From the NCBI RefSeq assembly GCF_004010195.1, contig NC_057719.1:63174478-63238477 (forward strand): a stretch of DNA of 64,000 nt. The letters are read 5' to 3'. Each line of letters opens with the position of its first letter. The first letter of the stretch is position 1. Of this stretch, positions 1 to 13,588 are shown in pieces. Origin of the DNA: Chiloscyllium plagiosum. Its lineage: Eukaryota. The position numbers and the translations under genes are program-made. The notes under the pieces were generated by a model. It was given only the letters and a program-made list of their open reading frames with translations. It did not search any database and was not told the origin of the DNA.

Positions 1-28
1 CTAGTTGTGGAGTTGTATCATCTTATAG

Positions 29-1005
29 TAGAGTCATGGAGATGTACAGCATGGAAACAGACCCTTTGGTAAACTCGCCCACGTCGACCAGATATTCTAA
101 CCTAATCTAGTCCCAGTTGCCAGCATTTGACCCACATCCCTCCAAACCCTTCCTACTTAGAGCCATCCAGATGCCTTTTAAATGCTGCAGTCGTACCAGC
201 CTCCACCACTTCCTCTGGCTGCTTGTTCGAGATAAGCACCGCCCTCCGTGTGAAAAAGTTGCTACTTAAGTCCCGTTTAATTCTTTCTCCTCTCACACTA
301 AACCTATGCCCTCTAGCTTGGGACCCTTCTACCCTGGGAAAAGATCTTGTCTATTTACCCTATCCATGCCCCTCATGATTTTATAAACTTCTACAAGGTC
401 AACCCTCAGCCTCCCACACTCCAGGGAAAACAACCCCAGCCTATTCAACCTCTCCCTATAGTGCAAACCCTCTGGCAACATCTTTGTAAATCTTTTCTGA
501 ACCCTTTCAAGTTTCACAACATCCTGGGAGACCAGAATCATGCACAATATTCCAAAAGTGATCTAACCAATGTCTTGTAGAGCCACAACATGACCTCCCA
601 ACTCCTGTACTCAATGCACTAACCAATAAAGGCAAGTGTACCAAACACCTTCACTGTCATATCTACCTGTGACTCCACATTCAAGGAATTATGAACCTGT
701 ACTCCAAGGTCTCTTTGTTCAGTAACATTCCCCAGGACCTTATCATTAAGTGCATAAGTCCTGCCCTGATTTGCCTTTCCATAATGCAACAACTCACATT
801 TATCTAAATTAACTCCATCTGCCATTCCTCAGCCCATTAACCCATCTGATCTTGGTCCCATTGTACTGTGAGATAACCTTCTTCACTGTCTATTACATCA
901 CCAATTTTGATGTCAACTTACTAATCATACTTTCTTTTTTCACATCCAAATCATTTATATAAATGACAAAAAGCAGTGGACCCAGTCATCCTTGTGACAC
1001 TCTAG
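29..1005 (-). mobile_element. CR1/HER1-type LINE, 5'-truncated 3' end (RT C-terminus and 3' UTR)
   Basis: Minus-strand peptides LERVQKRFTKMLP, RLNRLGLFSLE and RDLGVQVHNSL; typical 3' UTR ending near position 29; frameshifted. Confidence 0.92.
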
Positions 1006-2112
1006 TGTGAAAAGCACTGATTTAGCAGGTCATGTAGTAAATTGGTAGAGAGGACTTTAAATTAATTAGAGGGGAGAGTATTTGGAAGGGAGGAACAGTT
1101 AAAAGTACACTGACATGCTGACTATGAGATGTAACACAGTAAGTGTACTTGTATTGTAATTAAATAGGTTGACTATCAGTTTGTAAGTCCTACCAATGTA
1201 CACTATGGCATGCAATAAGAAGAGGGGAGACTACTTGTTATCTATTTGCAGAAAGACAATGGGAAGAAACCATTGCAGTTTTTTGTGCAACATAACCATG
1301 AACCAAAATAGAAATCCATAGCCAATAATCCCCTTTCAGGGTCAGGCATAAAGTGTAGAGAGATGTCCCAAGGGTGAGAAATGCACTATATAAATGCAAA
1401 TTGTTTCTGTTACAAGCAAAAGCCCTCAATGCACAAATCCATTTCTTGTAAGAATTCAGCAGAGGTAGCGTTTTCATTCCCGCAATGCACCTACCATATT
1501 ACTTAGACTCCAGTTTATATCTTTTTTCAAATCCTGAAGTATGGAGTGGATAATGTGCAGGGAGTCTAAAACTTTACTTACACCCTGATAGATATCCTTA
1601 AACTTCACACAAAAATGATGGCGAGGAAGTTAAAGTATATTTTGCATGATAGGACATCTTGAGATGGGCTGCCTGAGGCTGTGCATTTACGTTTAACTGG
1701 TGAAGTGTTTAAACAGTACATGAAATTGTCGTATATACTCTGAATGTCGTGTTCCTGACCTAATTGACTTTTTACATTTAAGTATTTAGCCTTTGCATTT
1801 TCTATCAGCAGGACTCTATTTCTTTGACAACTTAATAAATGCTGATTTTTTAAAAAGTTTTAAATAATATGCTTCACTGGATTTCTTAAATAAAACCAGG
1901 GAATGTAAAATACCAATTTTGGGAACGGTGGATAACACAAAATAAAAATGTGTATTTTTGGAATAACAACTTAACACGAAAGAGTATTTTTTTAAAAATG
2001 AGGGTCTGAGTAATATGTTACCTCCAGCCTTGGTAACTGCATTGTGGCATTTTCCTTCTTGCTGCATTCTTTTTGTCAAGTGAACAGACCTGAGTTTTAC
2101 TGATTGAGTAAA

Positions 2113-3740
2113 TGGAGGAGAAAGTGAGGACGACAGATGCTGGAGATTAGAGTCAAAAAGTGTGGTGCTAGAAAAACACAGCAGGTCAGGCAGCATCCAA
2201 GGAGCAGGACAGTTGATGTTTTAGGCATAAGCCCTTCATCAGGAATGTGAGGGGTGTGGTGGGGGAGGGGCTGAGAGATAAATGGGAGGGAATTGGGGCT
2301 GGTAGGCGAAGGTAGCTCGGAAGGCGATACGTAGATGCAAGTGGGGAATGATGATGATAGGTCAGAGCGGAGGGTGGAGTGGATAGATGGGAAGGAAGAT
2401 GAACAGGTAGGACAGTTCAAGAGGGCGGTGCTGAGATGGAGGGTTGGATCTGGGATGAGGTGGGGGGAGGGAAGATGAGAAAACTGGGGAAAATCGACAT
2501 TAATTCCGTGTGGTTGGAGGGTCCCAAGGCGGAAGATGAGGCGTTCTTCCTCCAGTCATCAAGTGGCTTGGTATTAGCGGTGGAAGAGGCCCAGGACTTG
2601 CATGTCCTTGGCAGAGTGTCTCTTGGCCGGATACATGGAACAGTCCATCTTCCACTGTTACACTGGCACTATTTCCCAACTTTTTCTCCACTACATTGAT
2701 GACTGTATCGATGCCACCTCGCGCTCCCGAGAGGAGGTTAAACAGTTCATCAACTTCACAAACACCTTCCACCCTGACTCAAGTTCACCTGGACCATTTC
2801 AGACACCCCGTCCCCTTCCTGGCTCTCCATCTCCATTTCCAACAACTGACTTAACATTGACATCTACTTCAAACCCACTGACTCTCACAGCTACCTGGAC
2901 TACACCTCCTCCCACCACTCCTCCTGTAAAAACGTCTAGTCCAGGTAGCCGTGGGAGTCAGTGGCTTTGAAGTAGATTTCAGTGTTGAGTCAGTTGTTGA
3001 AAATGGAGATGGAGAGCCAGGAAGGGGAGGGGGCTGTCTGAGATGGTCCAGGTGAACTTGAGTCAGGGTGGAAGGTGTTCGTGAAGTTGATGAACTGTTT
3101 AACCTCCTCTCGGGAGCGCGAGGTGGCACCGATACAGTCATCAATGTAGTGGAGAAAAAGTTGGGGAATAGTGCCAGTGTAACTGTGGAGGATGGCCTGT
3201 TCCATGTATCCTGGAAAAGCGCAGCAGGCAAGGCAGCATCCAAGGAGCAGGAGAATCGACGTTTCGGGCATAAGCCCTTCTTTCTCCTGCTCCTCGGATG
3301 CTGCCTGGCCTGCTGCGCTTTTCCAGCACCACACTTTTCAACTCTGGTCTCCAGCATCTGCAGTCCTCACTTTCTCCTGTTCCATGTATCCGACTAAGAG
3401 ATAGGCATAGCTGGGGCCCATGGCTACCCCTTTGTCTGAAGGAAGTGGGAGAAAATGGGAGGACTGCCTGATGAAGGGCTTATGCCTGAAATGTTGATTC
3501 TTCTGGTCCTTAGATGCTGCCTGACTGGCTGTGCTTTTCTAGCACCACACTCTTTGACTCTGAACAAAGTGGGAGGATTCAAAGGAGAATTTGTTGAAGG
3601 TGAGGATCAGTTCAGCCAATCGAATGAGTGTGTTAGTGCAGGGGTACTGGTTTGGGTCGGTGGGAGAGGAAGAAACGGAGGGGTTGGAGGCCTTCATCAT
3701 GGCAGATGGGCATGTACAGGGACTGGATGTCCATGGTAGA
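2113..3740 (-). mobile_element. Penelope-like element relic (RT and GIY-YIG end, 3' terminus), internally rearranged
   Basis: RT motifs KGVAMGPSYA (3400-3440 minus) and FLHYIDDCI; C-terminal EERLIFRLGTLQPHGINVDF (2490-2560 minus); terminus with decayed CTGATGAAGGGCTTATGCC motif. Confidence 0.85.
2628..3211. repeat. Inverted duplication, arms about 275 bp (2628-2902 and 2937-3211), spacer about 34 bp
   Basis: The second arm is the reverse complement of the first; ORFs 2602-2970(+) and 2990-3334(-) encode nearly the same peptide. Confidence 0.92.
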
Positions 3741-4234
3741 TGCTCCAACAACAGGAGGAAATGTGTGTTATCAGCAGCCATTGGTGATTTTGGGGCTATT
3801 TCCCTCTATTTTAAGTGTGGTAGCCACTTCAATCTCAAACAGGTCCAATCAGAGACCTACTAGCTCAGCAGCGCCACCAGAGAGCAGTGGCCAATGCTGA
3901 GGCAGGCAAGGTCTCCTGTGCCCAACAGAATGTAGGCCAAGAAAATAATCTTTTTAAAAATACAGATTGGAGGTGATTCTCCTCTGAGAAAATCATTGGA
4001 CTTATAAAACCACTTCTTCCTCCCCTGCAGGGATACCATTTGAAAGACATAGACAATTACTGGTGCCTTCTGCACAACAGCGGGTAAGGTTGGTGGTCAA
4101 TCTGCTATTGCAAGTAACCCTGACTTGAGCTTTTATTTCTGGAGATTGTCAGATTCTGGTCCAGCTGATGTACATTCCCCAATTGTGGAACATTATCAGA
4201 CAGCCATACCAACACAAATCACATGATGTTTTTA

Positions 4235-6640
4235 ATGTTTTCTTGGTATGTAGGCATTACTGAGAAGGCCAGCATTTGTTGCCTGTCCTTTTTCGCTCTT
4301 GAAATGAGTGGCTTTCTCAGCTGTTTCAGAGGACAACAATACTAGACTATAAGACCATAAGATATAGGAGTGGAAGCAAGGCCATTCAGCCCATCGAGTC
4401 CACTCCGCCATTTAATCATGGCTGATGGGCGTTTCAACTCCACTTATCTGCACTCTCCCCTTAGTTCCTTGCGAGATCAAGAATTTATCAGTCTCAGCCT
4501 TGAAAACACCCAATGTCCCGGCCTCCACTGCGCTCCGTAGCAAAGAATTCCATACGCCCACCACTCTCTGGCTGAAGAAATGTCTCCTCATTTCCATTCT
4601 AAATTAACCCCCTCTAATTCTAAGGCTGTGCCCACGTGTCCAATCTCCTCACCTAACGGAAACAACTTCCTAGCGTCCACCCTTTCTAAACCATACATTA
4701 TCTTGTAAGTTTCTATTAGATATCCCGTCAAACTTCTAAACTCTCATGAATACAATCCCAGTATCCCCAGTTGTTCATCGTATGTTAGGCCTACCATTCC
4801 AGGGATCATCCATGTGAATCTCTGCTGAATATGCTCCAGTGCCAGTACGTCCTTCCTGAAGTGTGGGGCCCAAAGTTGGACACAGTATTCTAAATGGGGC
4901 CTAACTAGAGCTTTATAAAGTCTCAGTAGTACATCACTGCTTTTATATTCCAACCCTCTTGAGATAAATGACAACATTACATTTGCTTTCTTAATCATGG
5001 ACTCAACTTGCAAATCAACCTTTAGAGAATCCTGGACTAGTACTCCCAGGTCCCTTTGTACTTTGGCTTTATGAATTTTCTTACTGTTTAAAAATAGTCC
5101 ATTCCTGTATTCTTTTTCCAAAATGCAAGACCTTGCACTTGCTCACATTGAATTTCATCAGCCATATCCTGGACCACTCTCTTAATCTTTCTGCAGCCTC
5201 CCCACCTCCTCAGTACTACCTGCCTGTCCGCCTAACTTCACCAGAATGCCCCCAGCCCTTTCATTCAGATCATTAATATATAAAGTGAACAGCTGCAGTC
5301 CCAACACCGAACCCTGAGGGACACCACTTGTCACCGGCTGCCATTCTGAAAAAGAACCTTTTATCCCACTCTCTGCCTTCTGTCAGACAGCCAATTCTCA
5401 ATTCAAACCTGTACCTCACCTCAAACACCATGGGCCCTCACCTCACTCAGCAGCCTCCCCTGAGACACCTTATCAAAGGCCTTTTGGAAGTCTAGATAGG
5501 TAACATCCACTGGGTTTCCCTGGTCTAACCTACTTGTTACCTCTTCAAAGAATTCTAACAGGTTTGTCAGGCACAACCTTCCCTTGTTAAATCCATGCTA
5601 ACTTGTTCTAATCTGACCCTGCACTTGTAAGAATTTAGAAATTTCATCCTTAATGATGAATTCTAGAATTTTACCTACAACCGAGGTTAGGCTAATCGGC
5701 ATATAACTTTCCATCTGTTGTCCTGATCCTTTCTTGAACAAGAGAGTTATAACAATGATTTTTCTGATCATCTGGGACTTTCCCTGACTCCAGTGATTTT
5801 TGAAATATCACAGTCAGCGCCTCTGCTATTTCCTCAGTCACCTCCCTCAGATCTCTAGGATGTAGCCCATCGGGACCAGGAGACTTAACAATTTTTAGAC
5901 CTTTTAGCTTTTTTAGCACTACTCTTTTGTAATGGCTACCATACTCAACTCTGCCCCCTGACTTTCCTTAATTGTTGGGATATTACTCATGTCATCTACT
6001 GTGAAGATTGACACAAAGCACTCATTAAGTTCTTCAGCTATGTCCTTATCTCCCAGCACTAGCCTTCCAGCATCAATTTGGAGCGGGCCAATTTCCACTT
6101 TTGCCTTTCATTTGTTTTTTATGTATTGAAAGAAACTTTTGCTATCATTTCTAATATTACTGGCTAGCTTACCTTCATACTTGACCCTCTCCTTCCTTAT
6201 TTCTCTCTTTGTTATCCTCTTTGTTTTTGTAGTCTTCCCAATCATCTGATTTTCCAGTGCTCTTGGCCACTTTATGAGCTCTCTCTTCTTTGATACCTTT
6301 CCTGACTTGCTTTGTCAGCCATGGCTCTCTAACCCCTCCACAGATAATCTTTCTTTTCTTTGGGATGAGCCTCTTTGGGATGAATATTGTCATAAATATG
6401 GAATGACATGTTGGCCAGACCAAACAAAGATGGCAGATTTCTTTCCTCAAAAGACTTATTAAACTTAATGATTTCTACAACAATTATTGATGGGTTTAAT
6501 GGTAACCACTACTGAGACTAGCTTTATATTCCATATCTATTCATGAAATATAAATCACACTAGCCACTGTGGTTAGATTTGAACTTGCATCCTTTGAACA
6601 CTTTTGCTCGTCTATATGCTATTTAAATACATCACCACTG
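4235..6640 (-). mobile_element. Shark tRNA-derived SINE split by a CR1 insertion (SINE pieces about 4235-4335 and 6385-6640)
   Basis: Both pieces match the SINE also seen at 30013-30330, 52915-53200 and 62615-62935 (ggccagacca...ggcagatttc..cct motif). Confidence 0.6.
4345..6385 (-). mobile_element. CR1 LINE ORF2 (RT) relic with 3' UTR, about 2 kb
   Basis: Peptides KSPGPDGLHPR, RDLGVLVQDSLK, LVRPHLEYCVQ and FFSQRVVGVWNSL; stops and frameshifts present. Confidence 0.92.
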
Positions 6641-7074
6641 CACCATCCACTCCTTTCAATTTTACTACTATTCTCTAACTCAGCCTCATACCCTGCCCCC
6701 TAGTGGTTGGGAAGCTTCAGCTCAGGTAAAGAAATCAGAAATAGAACATCAGAAATGTGAACATCAATATGTACAGGGACACTGAGAACTGCCAAAAAAG
6801 TTAAGAAGGCCTAGGATACAGAAATCTTGTTAATTTTAATGCAGAAATTCATTACCTTTTTTGAATCTGTTTCCTGCTTACCAATCAGCCCTGTGCGAGG
6901 GGGTGGCAACAGCAGGGAATCTCCAGCCCAACATTCTTCACAGCAGTGTTTAGCAACCAGGAGAGGGGAAAAGAGACTGTGGGTGAAATCTTATAGGGGA
7001 CTGAGTGACATGGGCAATGGAGAGATTTGCAGCAGAATCAGATGATTCCAACAAGGCCTATCCCAGTCAATCAA

Positions 7075-7792
7075 CCAGAAATTGCTGCATAAACTCAGCA
7101 GGCCTGGCAGTATCTGTGGGATGAAAGTCGAATTAACGTCCAGTGACTCTCCATCAGAACTGATCACAGAGAGGAGAAAGTAATATTTTTGCTGAGTCCA
7201 AAGTTGGGGGAGGGTAGGGGGATGAAGGAAATGGAGAGGTGTGCAGATAGTAGAGATGGAGCCGAGAGAGAGAGAGAGAGAGAGAGAAATGCAAGGAGTA
7301 GGTAAACAGGTTTAGGATAGCAGGCCAGGACACATGTGACTGTGCTAAAAGGAACCCATGTTATAACAGGACCACATGTGGGATAGGTAAAAGAAAAGAA
7401 AGGATGGAATCGGTCTCTAAAGTTATTGAACTCGATATTGACTCTTAGAGACTGCAGTGTCCCCAAGTGGAAAATGAGATGTTGTTCTTTTAGCTCACAC
7501 TGAGACTCGCTGGAACACTGCAGCAGGCCTGTGACAGAAATGCTGATCAGGGAACACGGCTGTGTGTTGAAGTGGTAGATAACTGGAATGCTCAGCGTCA
7601 TTTTTGTGGATAGAGCATGGGCGATCTGCAAAGTGGTCACCCAGTTTGCGCTTCATTTCCTCAACACCCAGGAGACCACATTGTAAGCAGCAAATACGGT
7701 CGACTAGAACGAGGTGAAGTGCAGGTAAATCGCTGCTTCACCCTGGGAGATATGTCTGGGCACTTGTATGGTGAACAGGGAGGAGGTAAATA
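7075..7792 (-). mobile_element. Penelope-like element 3' portion (GIY-YIG end and terminus)
   Basis: ORF 7164-7640 contains HFNTQPCS...EQHLIFHLGTLQ...NIEFNNFR; internal (AG)n tract at about 7263-7286. Confidence 0.8.
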
Positions 7793-7839
7793 AGTGGTAT
7801 AATCATCCAAAGCCTCTTCAAGCAACATTAAAGGAAGCA

Positions 7840-9390
7840 AGTGCCTTTATTGGTCAGTGCATTGAGTATAGGATTAGAGGGATCATGATGCGACTCTGCA
7901 GGACACTGATTCAGCCACATGTGGAATACTGCATTCAATCTGGTCTTCCTGCTGTGAAATTTGAGATGTTGTGAAATTTGAGAGGGTTCTGAAAATATTT
8001 ACAAGGGTGTTGCCAGGGTTGAAAGGTTTGAGTACAGGGAGAGGCTGAAAGGCCGGGGCTACTTTCCCTGGAGCATTGGACACTGAGGAGACACCTTATA
8101 GAGGTTTATAAAATCATGACGAGTGTGAATAGGGTAAATAAACAATAACTTTTTCCTGGGATGGGGGACTCCAAAACTAGGTTTAGGTGAGAGGGGAAAG
8201 ATTTGAATGGGACCTGAAGAGCAATTTTTTTTCACAGAGGGTGGAGCGTGTATGGAATGAGCTGACAGATGAAGTGGTGGAGCACAGTTACAACATTTAA
8301 AAGGCATGTGGATGGGTACATGAATTGGAAGGGTTTCGAGGGGTATGGGCTAAATGGTGGCAAGTGGGACTAGATCAAGTGAGGATGTCTGGTTGGCAAG
8401 GATGAGTTGGACCAAAGAGTCGGTTTCTTGTTGGAAAGCTCTATGAGCCTGATGTTGGTGGTGGGCATGTTGTTGGAGGGAATCCCGAGGGATAGGATTT
8501 ACATGTATTTGGAAAGGAAAGGACTGATCAGGGTGAGTCAGCATGGCTTTGTGCATGGGAAATCAAGTCTCACAAACTTGGTGGTGGAGAGTTGCTTCTC
8601 AGACGAGAGGCCTGTGACCAGTGCAGTGCCATGAGGATCAGCTCTGGGTCCTCTATTTTTCATCATTTATATAAATTATTTGGATGTGAACAAAGGAGGT
8701 GTAGTTAGTAAGTGTGCAGATGACACCAAAATTGGAGGTGTAGTGGACAGCGAAGAAGGTTACCTCAGATTACAACAGGATCTTGATCAGATGGGCCAAT
8801 GGGCTGAGGAGTGACAGATGGAGTTAATTTAGATAAGTGTGAGGTGCTGCATTTTGGAAAAGCAAATCAGAGCAGGACTTTTACACTTAATGGTAAAGTC
8901 CTGGGGAGTGTTGCTGAACAAAAAGATCTTGAAAGTTCATAGCTCCTTGAAAGTAGAGTCGCAGGTGAATAGGATAGTGAAGGCAGCGTTTGGTATGCTA
9001 TCCTTTATTGGTCAGAGCATTGAGTATAAGAGTTGGGAGGTCATGTTGCGGCTGTACAGGACATTGGTTAGGCCAATGTTGGAATATTGCGTGGAATTCT
9101 GGTCTCCTTCCTATCGTCAGGATGTTGTGAAACTTGAAAGGGTTCAGAAAAGATTTACAAGGATGTTGCTAGGGTTGGCAGATTTGAGCTATAGGAAGAG
9201 GCTGAATAGGCAGGGACTATTTTCCCTTGAGTGTCGGAGGCTGAGAGGTAAATAACAAAAAGTAGAGGATCCAGTACCAATCCTTGTGGCGCTCTACTAG
9301 TCACAGGCCTCCAGTCTGAAAACCACCCTCCAACACCACTCTCTGTCTTCTACCTTTGAGCCAGTTCTGTATCCAAATGGCTAGTTCTCA
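7840..9390 (+). mobile_element. Two tandem CR1 RT fragments (7840-8445, 8450-9250) followed by a short inverted CR1 piece (9250-9390)
   Basis: SQHGFVHGKSSLTNL, ADDTKIGG and LERVQKRFTRML on the plus strand; 9250-9390 reads as the QGxVLxPLLFVI region on the minus strand. Confidence 0.88.
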
Positions 9391-9907
9391 TTAAACCTCC
9401 GGATTACTGAAAATTACTGCGGCTGCTGGAATCTGAAACCAAAAGAGAAAATGCTGGAAAATCTCAACAGGTCTGGCAGCATCTGTAAGGAGAGAAAACA
9501 GCTGACGTTTCAAGTCTAACTGACGCTTTGTCAAAGCTAAAAAAAGGGAGAAATAGGGCGGTATTTATACTGGGCTGAGAGAAGATGAGTCATGGCTCCA
9601 GAAGCAAAGGTAACAATAAAGAGGTGATAATGACAGTGCACAGAGAGATTATAGGGAGATTAGGACCTGGGAATGACCAAGGCTGAAGCCAGTGCTATGT
9701 GACAAAATATGTGGGGGATGGGTGTAGCAGAGGCAAAATGGAAAACAGGGGAGAAGGGTAGCAAAGGGGGAAGGGGAGAGGAAAAAGGTGATGAGAGAGT
9801 GGGGCGCGAGAGAAAGAGAGACAACCAAGAAATAAGAGGTACAGAACAGTGAAAAAAAATTTAAAAAAATAAACTAAATAAATGAAATAAAATTACAGAG
9901 CAGAATG

Positions 9908-12900
9908 AGAACATAGAACATAGAACAGTACAACACAGAAGAGGGCCTTCAGCCCATGATGTTGTGCCGACCATTGATCCTCATGTAAGGTAAACCTAAT
10001 GTTCGAGCCTCTAATTTCTGTGACCATATGCATGTCCAGCAGTCTCTTAAATATACCCAATGACCTCGCTTCCACAACTGCTGCTGGCAACGCATTCCAT
10101 GCTCTCACAACTCTTTGCGAAAAGAACCCGCCTCTGACATTCCCCTCTATACTTTACATAGCTTAAAACTATGACCCCTCATGTTAACAATTTCTGCCCT
10201 GGGAAAAAGTCTCTGGCTATCAATTCTATCTATGCCTCTCATTATCTTGTACACCTCAATTAGGTCCCCTCACTTCCTTCTTTTTTCCAATGAAAAAAGT
10301 CCGAGCTCNNNNNNNNNNNNNNNNNNNNNNNNNNNNNNNNNNNNNNNNNNNNNNNNNNNNNNNNNNNNNNNNNNNNNNNNNNNNNNNNNNNNNNNNNNNN
10401 NNNNNNNNNNNNNNNNNNNNNNNNNNNNNNNNNNNNNNNNNNNNNNNNNNNNNNNNNNNNNNNNNNNNNNNNNNNNNNNNNNNNNNNNNNNNNNNNNNNN
10501 NNNNNNNNNNNNNNNNNNNNNNNNNNNNNNNNNNNNNNNNNNNNNNNNNNNNNNNNNNNNNNNNNNNNNNNNNNNNNNNNNNNNNNNNNNNNNNNNNNNN
10601 NNNNNNNNNNNNNNNNNNNNNNNNNNNNNNNNNNNNNNNNNNNNNNNNNNNNNNNNNNNNNNNNNNNNNNNNNNNNNNNNNNNNNNNNNNNNNNNNNNNN
10701 NNNNNNNNNNNNNNNNNNNNNNNNNNNNNNNNNNNNNNNNNNNNNNNNNNNNNNNNNNNNNNNNNNNNNNNNNNNNNNNNNNNNNNNNNNNNNNNNNNNN
10801 NNNNNNNNNNNNNNNNNNNNNNNNNNNNNNNNNNNNNNNNNNNNNNNNNNNNNNNNNNNNNNNNNNNNNNNNNNNNNNNNNNNNNNNNNNNNNNNNNNNN
10901 NNNNNNNNNNNNNNNNNNNNNNNNNNNNNNNNNNNNNNNNNNNNNNNNNNNNNNNNNNNNNNNNNNNNNNNNNNNNNNNNNNNNNNNNNNNNNNNNNNNN
11001 NNNNNNNNNNNNNNNNNNNNNNNNNNNNNNNNNNNNNNNNNNNNNNNNNNNNNNNNNNNNNNNNNNNNNNNNNNNNNNNNNNNNNNNNNNNNNNNNNNNN
11101 NNNNNNNNNNNNNNNNNNNNNNNNNNNNNNNNNNNNNNNNNNNNNNNNNNNNNNNNNNNNNNNNNNNNNNNNNNNNNNNNNNNNNNNNNNNNNNNNNNNN
11201 NNNNNNNNNNNNNNNNNNNNTAAGATAAGCCCTCCAGTCCAGGCAGCATCCTGGTAAACCTCCTCTGAACCCTCTCCAAAGCATCCACATCTTTCCTATA
11301 ATAGGGCGACCAGAACTGGACACAGTATTCCAAGTGTGGTCTAACCAAAGTTTTATAGAGCTGCAACAAGTTCTCATGGCTCTTAAACTCAATCCCCCTG
11401 TTAATGAAAGCCAAAACACCATATGCTTTCTTAACAATCCTGTCCATTTGATTGGCCATTTTAAGGGATCTACGTACCTGCACATCAAGATCTCATTGTT
11501 CCTCCACACTGCCAAGAATCCTGTCTTTAATCCTGTACTCTGCTTTCAAATTCGACCTTCCAAAATGCATCACTTCGCATTTATCCAGTTTAACTCCATC
11601 TGCCACCTCTCAGCCCATCTCTGTATCCTGTCAATGTCACGCTGCAGCCTACAACAGTCCTCTATACTGTCAACGACACCTCCAACCTTTGTGTCGTCTG
11701 CAAACTTGCTGACCCATCCTTCAATCTCCTCATCCAAGTCATTAATAAAAATTACAAAGAGTAGAGGCCCAAGAACAGAGCCCTGTGGATCACCACTCAC
11801 CACTGACTTCCAGGCAGAATACTTTCCTTCCACTACCACTCATTGTCTTCTGTTGACCAGCCCCAATTCTGTATCCAGACAGCTAAATTTCCCTGTATCC
11901 CATTCCTCCTGACCTTCTGAATGAGCCTACCATGGGGAACCTTATCAAATGCCTTGCTGAAGTCCATATACACCACATCCACCGCTCGACCCTCACCTAC
12001 TTGTCTAGTAACATCCTCAAAGAACTCAATAAGATTTGTGAGGCATGACCTGCCCCTCACAAAGCCGTGCTGACTGCATTTAATCAAGCCATGCTCTTCC
12101 AGATGGTCATAAATCCTATCCTTCAGAATCCTTTCTAACAGCTTGCAGATGACAGACGTGAGACTGACTGGTCTGTAATTGCCGGGGATTTCCCTATTTC
12201 CTTTTTTGAAGAGAGGAATTACATTTGCCTCCCTCCAGTCGTCTGGTACGACTCCAGTGGAGAGCGAGGATGCAAAGATCTTTGCAAGCGGCGAAGCAAT
12301 CACATTTCTCGCTTCCCAAAGCAGCNNNNNNNNNNNNNNNNNNNNNNNNNNNNNNNNNNNNNNNNNNNNNNNNNNNNNNNNNNNNNNNNNNNNNNNNNNN
12401 NNNNNNNNNNNNNNNNNNNNNNNNNNNNNNNNNNNNNNNNNNNNNNGGTTTCCCCTACCTCCTCAGACTCTATACACAAATTCCCTATGCTATCCCTGAT
12501 CGACTATACTCTCTCTTTGATCATTCTCTTATTCCTCACATACATGTAAAATGCCTTTGCATTCTCCCTAATCCTTTCTGCCAAGCCTTTCTCATGCCCC
12601 CTCCTGGCTCTCCTCAGACCATTTTTGAGCTCCTTCCTCGCCTGCCTGTAATCCTCTAGAGCTGAGCAAGACCCTTGCTTCCTCCACCTTACGTAAGCTG
12701 CCTTCTTTCTTTTGACGAGAAGCTCCTCCACTCTTGTCATCCAAGATTCCTTTATCTTACCCCTTCTTGCCTGTCTCAGAGGAACACATTTATGCATCAC
12801 TCGCAACAACTGTTCCTTAAACAGTCTCCACATGTCTATAGTGCCCTTTCCATGGAACAATTGCTCCCAGTCCATGCTTCCCAACTCACGTCTGAGAGCA

Positions 12901-13588
12901 TCATAATTTCCTTTTCCCCAATTAAATATCCTCCCATTGTGCCTGCTTCTCTCCTTCTCCATAGCTATGTAGAATGTGAGGCAGTTGTGGTCACTATCCC
13001 CAAAATGCTCTCCCACCACAAGATCTGACTCATTGCCTAGCACCAAATCCAAAATGGCCTCTCCCCTCGTCAAATTGTCAACGTACTGAGTTAGGAAACC
13101 CTCCTGAACACACCTTACAAAAACAGCTCCTTCCAAACCATCTGCTCGAAGGAGGTTCCAATCAATATTGGGAAAGTTAAAGTCACCCATTACAGCTACC
13201 CTACTACAAGCACACTTTTCCAAAATCTGCTGACCTATGCTTTCTTCAATCTCCCAGCTGCTATTGGGGGGCCTGCAGTAAACCCCTATTGAGGTGACTG
13301 CTCCCTTACTGTTCCTAATTTCCACCCATACTGACTCAGTAGCCAGACCCTCCTCGATAATGGCAACTTCTGTAGCTGTGATACCCTCGTTGATAAGCAG
13401 TGCTACACCCCCTCCTCTTTTCCCCCCTCCCTGGTCTTTTAAAATGTTCTAAATCCTGGAACATCCAGCAACCATTCCTGCCCCTGAGAAACCCACGTCT
13501 CCGTTATGGCCACAACATCATAGCGCCAGGTACTGATCCATGCTCTAAGCTCATCACTTTTATTCCTGATACTCCTTGCATTAAAGAA
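9908..13588 (-). mobile_element. Young, near-complete CR1 ORF2 (APE endonuclease and RT) with (TTCTATG)n tail; contains two N gaps
   Basis: NARSIRNK, VAITETW, MGDFNFPNIDW, GNYRPVSLTS, QGSVLGPLLF and FADDTK motifs in colinear order; long ORFs with few disruptions. Confidence 0.95.
10309..11220. other. Assembly gap (N run); further gaps at 12326-12446 and 19820-20112
   Basis: Runs of N, all inside CR1 copies. Confidence 1.

Noticed and set aside
10181..11515. Long 300-400 aa ORFs
   Set aside because: Artefacts of translating through the N gap.
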